A stretch of DNA of 64,000 nucleotides from a virus. The notes below the pieces were generated by a model that worked only from the letters and a program-made list of their open reading frames with translations, was not told the origin of the DNA and did no database searches. The translations under genes and the position numbers were made by a program. The first letter of the stretch is position 1. Each line of letters starts with the position of its first letter. Positions 62,517-64,000 of this stretch are shown here, piece by piece. Where the stretch lies: positions 1 to 64,000 of IMG/VR virus record IMGVR_UViG_3300007276_000043; one strand, written 5' to 3'.

Positions 62517-64000
62517 CTATTCTCCGAAAATCTCTGAAGCGGTTGGGAAGTTTATCGCTGGAACAAAACCAGAATCCCCTCCTATAATTACTGACGAACT
62601 CAAAATTCCATCTCTTGGCGAATAACCATATATTCTTTGGTTTCCACTTGTAACTGAATAATTATTACCTAATGAGGAAGTTACCCAACCATATTGGAAG
62701 TCAGATTGGGGTATTGGTGAGTTCACAAAAGCATTATCAAAATTATCCGTAAGGACCGGGGATAACACCGTTGAGTTATCCGCTGGTATTTTTCTTCCGT
62801 TTCTTTGAATCTTATGAAAATTAGGAACAACGACATAACTTTCAGCAACAGGATTAGCGTGTTGCGAATCTGCTCCAAACTGACCGCAGTGTCTTCTTAA
62901 AAGTGTTTGTAAGCCTTCACGATAGTTGTTTTGACTGTTCATTCGGATTGTACCGGCTTCGCCACTTCCAGAAGAACGAACAGTATAGTTTCTATAATTT
63001 AAATTATTATATACTGAGTATTCTCTCGCATAAACATCAAGGTATCCGAGGGAATTTACTTCGATACCGCCGGGTGCGGAAAATCGTGAAGTAATGATTG
63101 TGTTTGTAACCGACGATGTAATGACGGCATTAACTACATCTAAGGCACTTCTTGTATCTCCACCTGTTGAGGAGCCACCATCGACAGCCACAAATGTTCT
63201 ATAACTGTTTCCGGGGTCTGGGACAGGGGTATAGCCAGAAGCTTGAATTTCAAGCAAAGAATCGCCAGTGCTAGATGTGATTCCTATTGTCGCCTTACCA
63301 ACAGAAGGAACATCGGCATAGATATTAAAAGAATAATTTGTATTAAAGTAAGAGTCTGCTTGAATAGCACCGGTAACATTTGCAAAAAATTCAGCATTAG
63401 AGGAGCCAGTTAATATAGCATTTGAACCGGGAGTTACTCCCCCACCAAGTTCTATTTCAATTATAACAGATGCTCCTGCAACATTTGCGATTCTCAATCG
63501 GTCTGCATCAACAACGGAAGAACTTGTTTCTATAATAAAAGATCCGCTGTGTAATACTTCTGTTGTTGGTACGACTACTAACGAACCTGTGTCTGGTTGC
63601 CTGTTATTTTGATAAACACCAAAAACATTCCCCGAAACAAATGGTGCTTGTCCAAATAAGGACATTGGGTGTGTTGTTTCTGGTAGGATTGAGCCAATTG
63701 AAGTCGGTAGATAAAGAGACTGTTCTGGGTTCTTGACCAAATATAGGTTGTTTTCGTGCTTTCCGAAGCTTTGAACAATTTCGTGATTTTCTTTGTAGTT
63801 TCCGTGAGTAAAGAAAGGACTTCCGCCAGTATTTGTTTTAATATTTTTAATATTAACTGGTCTTTTTGCTCTTTCTTCTCGATAGTATGTTGCACCTTTT
63901 CTTGCAGGGTCGGGATATGGGCTACCATAGTCTGCCCCTACGAACCCAAAAGCACCGTCAGATCCAGTATATTCACTGAATAATATTTGCCATGCTTCTT
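62517..64000 (-). CDS. Large putative virion structural protein, 3' part (frame open to the right edge)
   Basis: Manual translation upstream of 63740 stays open (EAWQILFSEYTGSDGAFGFVGADYGSPYPDPARKGATYYREERAKRPVNIKNIK...), so the track start at 63740 is artificial. Confidence 0.7.
   Translation of the reverse strand, partial: EAWQILFSEYTGSDGAFGFVGADYGSPYPDPARKGATYYREERAKRPVNIKNIKTNTGGSPFFTHGNYKENHEIVQSFGKHENNLYLVKNPEQSLYLPTSIGSILPETTHPMSLFGQAPFVSGNVFGVYQNNRQPDTGSLVVVPTTEVLHSGSFIIETSSSVVDADRLRIANVAGASVIIEIELGGGVTPGSNAILTGSSNAEFFANVTGAIQADSYFNTNYSFNIYADVPSVGKATIGITSSTGDSLLEIQASGYTPVPDPGNSYRTFVAVDGGSSTGGDTRSALDVVNAVITSSVTNTIITSRFSAPGGIEVNSLGYLDVYAREYSVYNNLNYRNYTVRSSGSGEAGTIRMNSQNNYREGLQTLLRRHCGQFGADSQHANPVAESYVVVPNFHKIQRNGRKIPADNSTVLSPVLTDNFDNAFVNSPIPQSDFQYGWVTSSLGNNYSVTSGNQRIYGYSPRDGILSSSVIIGGDSGFVPAINFPTASEIFGE

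Noticed and set aside
62510-62525. Possible frameshift or read-through joining the two giant ORFs (TAG-A-ATG)
   Set aside because: No slippery run, and a normal ATG follows 1 nt after the stop. It cannot be supported without homologs.
1-64000. Stop-codon reassignment, tRNAs, CRISPR arrays, introns/inteins in terminase, portal or MCP
   Set aside because: TAA, TAG and TGA all end genes at expected places with dense packing. Intergenic gaps are short, and I saw no cloverleaf, repeat-spacer pattern or interrupting element. A covariance-model scan was not run.

Overview
This 64-kb window comes from a large, AT-rich, T4-like (myovirus-type) bacteriophage genome in the standard genetic code. Essentially all real genes are on the minus strand and are tightly packed, often with TAATG/ATGA overlaps. 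In the direction of transcription (high to low coordinates) it carries: large putative baseplate/tail proteins (64000-49428); a RuvC-like resolvase, small cargo-like proteins, a cytidylyltransferase-like enzyme, DnaG-type primase, a complete ATP-dependent PEP carboxykinase (pckA) and an SbcD-SbcC (Mre11-Rad50) fusion (49402-41746); small membrane proteins; terminase, portal, prohead protease and ribosomal protein bS21; a ~9-kb array of paralogous fibre/lectin-like proteins; scaffold, major capsid, neck, sheath, two tail tubes, a tail chaperone with a probable +1/-2 frameshift, tape measure and baseplate genes; and the 5' part of a family-A DNA polymerase-like gene running off the left edge. 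Features missing from the ORF track are the PolA-like ORF (803 to <1), two microproteins (19 aa and 36 aa), a recurrent late-promoter-like motif ACTA(T/A)TTA, three sigma70-type promoters and several terminators. The most novel-looking signals are: (i) unrelated proteins sharing N-terminal leaders that may target them into the capsid, one hiding a signal peptide behind a protease-type site; (ii) pervasive [ST]-[GA]-S motifs confined to virion proteins; (iii) pckA embedded in the replication operon; (iv) a frameshift site that duplicates the downstream terminator hairpin; (v) the modular fibre/lectin paralog array. All product calls rest on recognised motifs and synteny. No searches were run.
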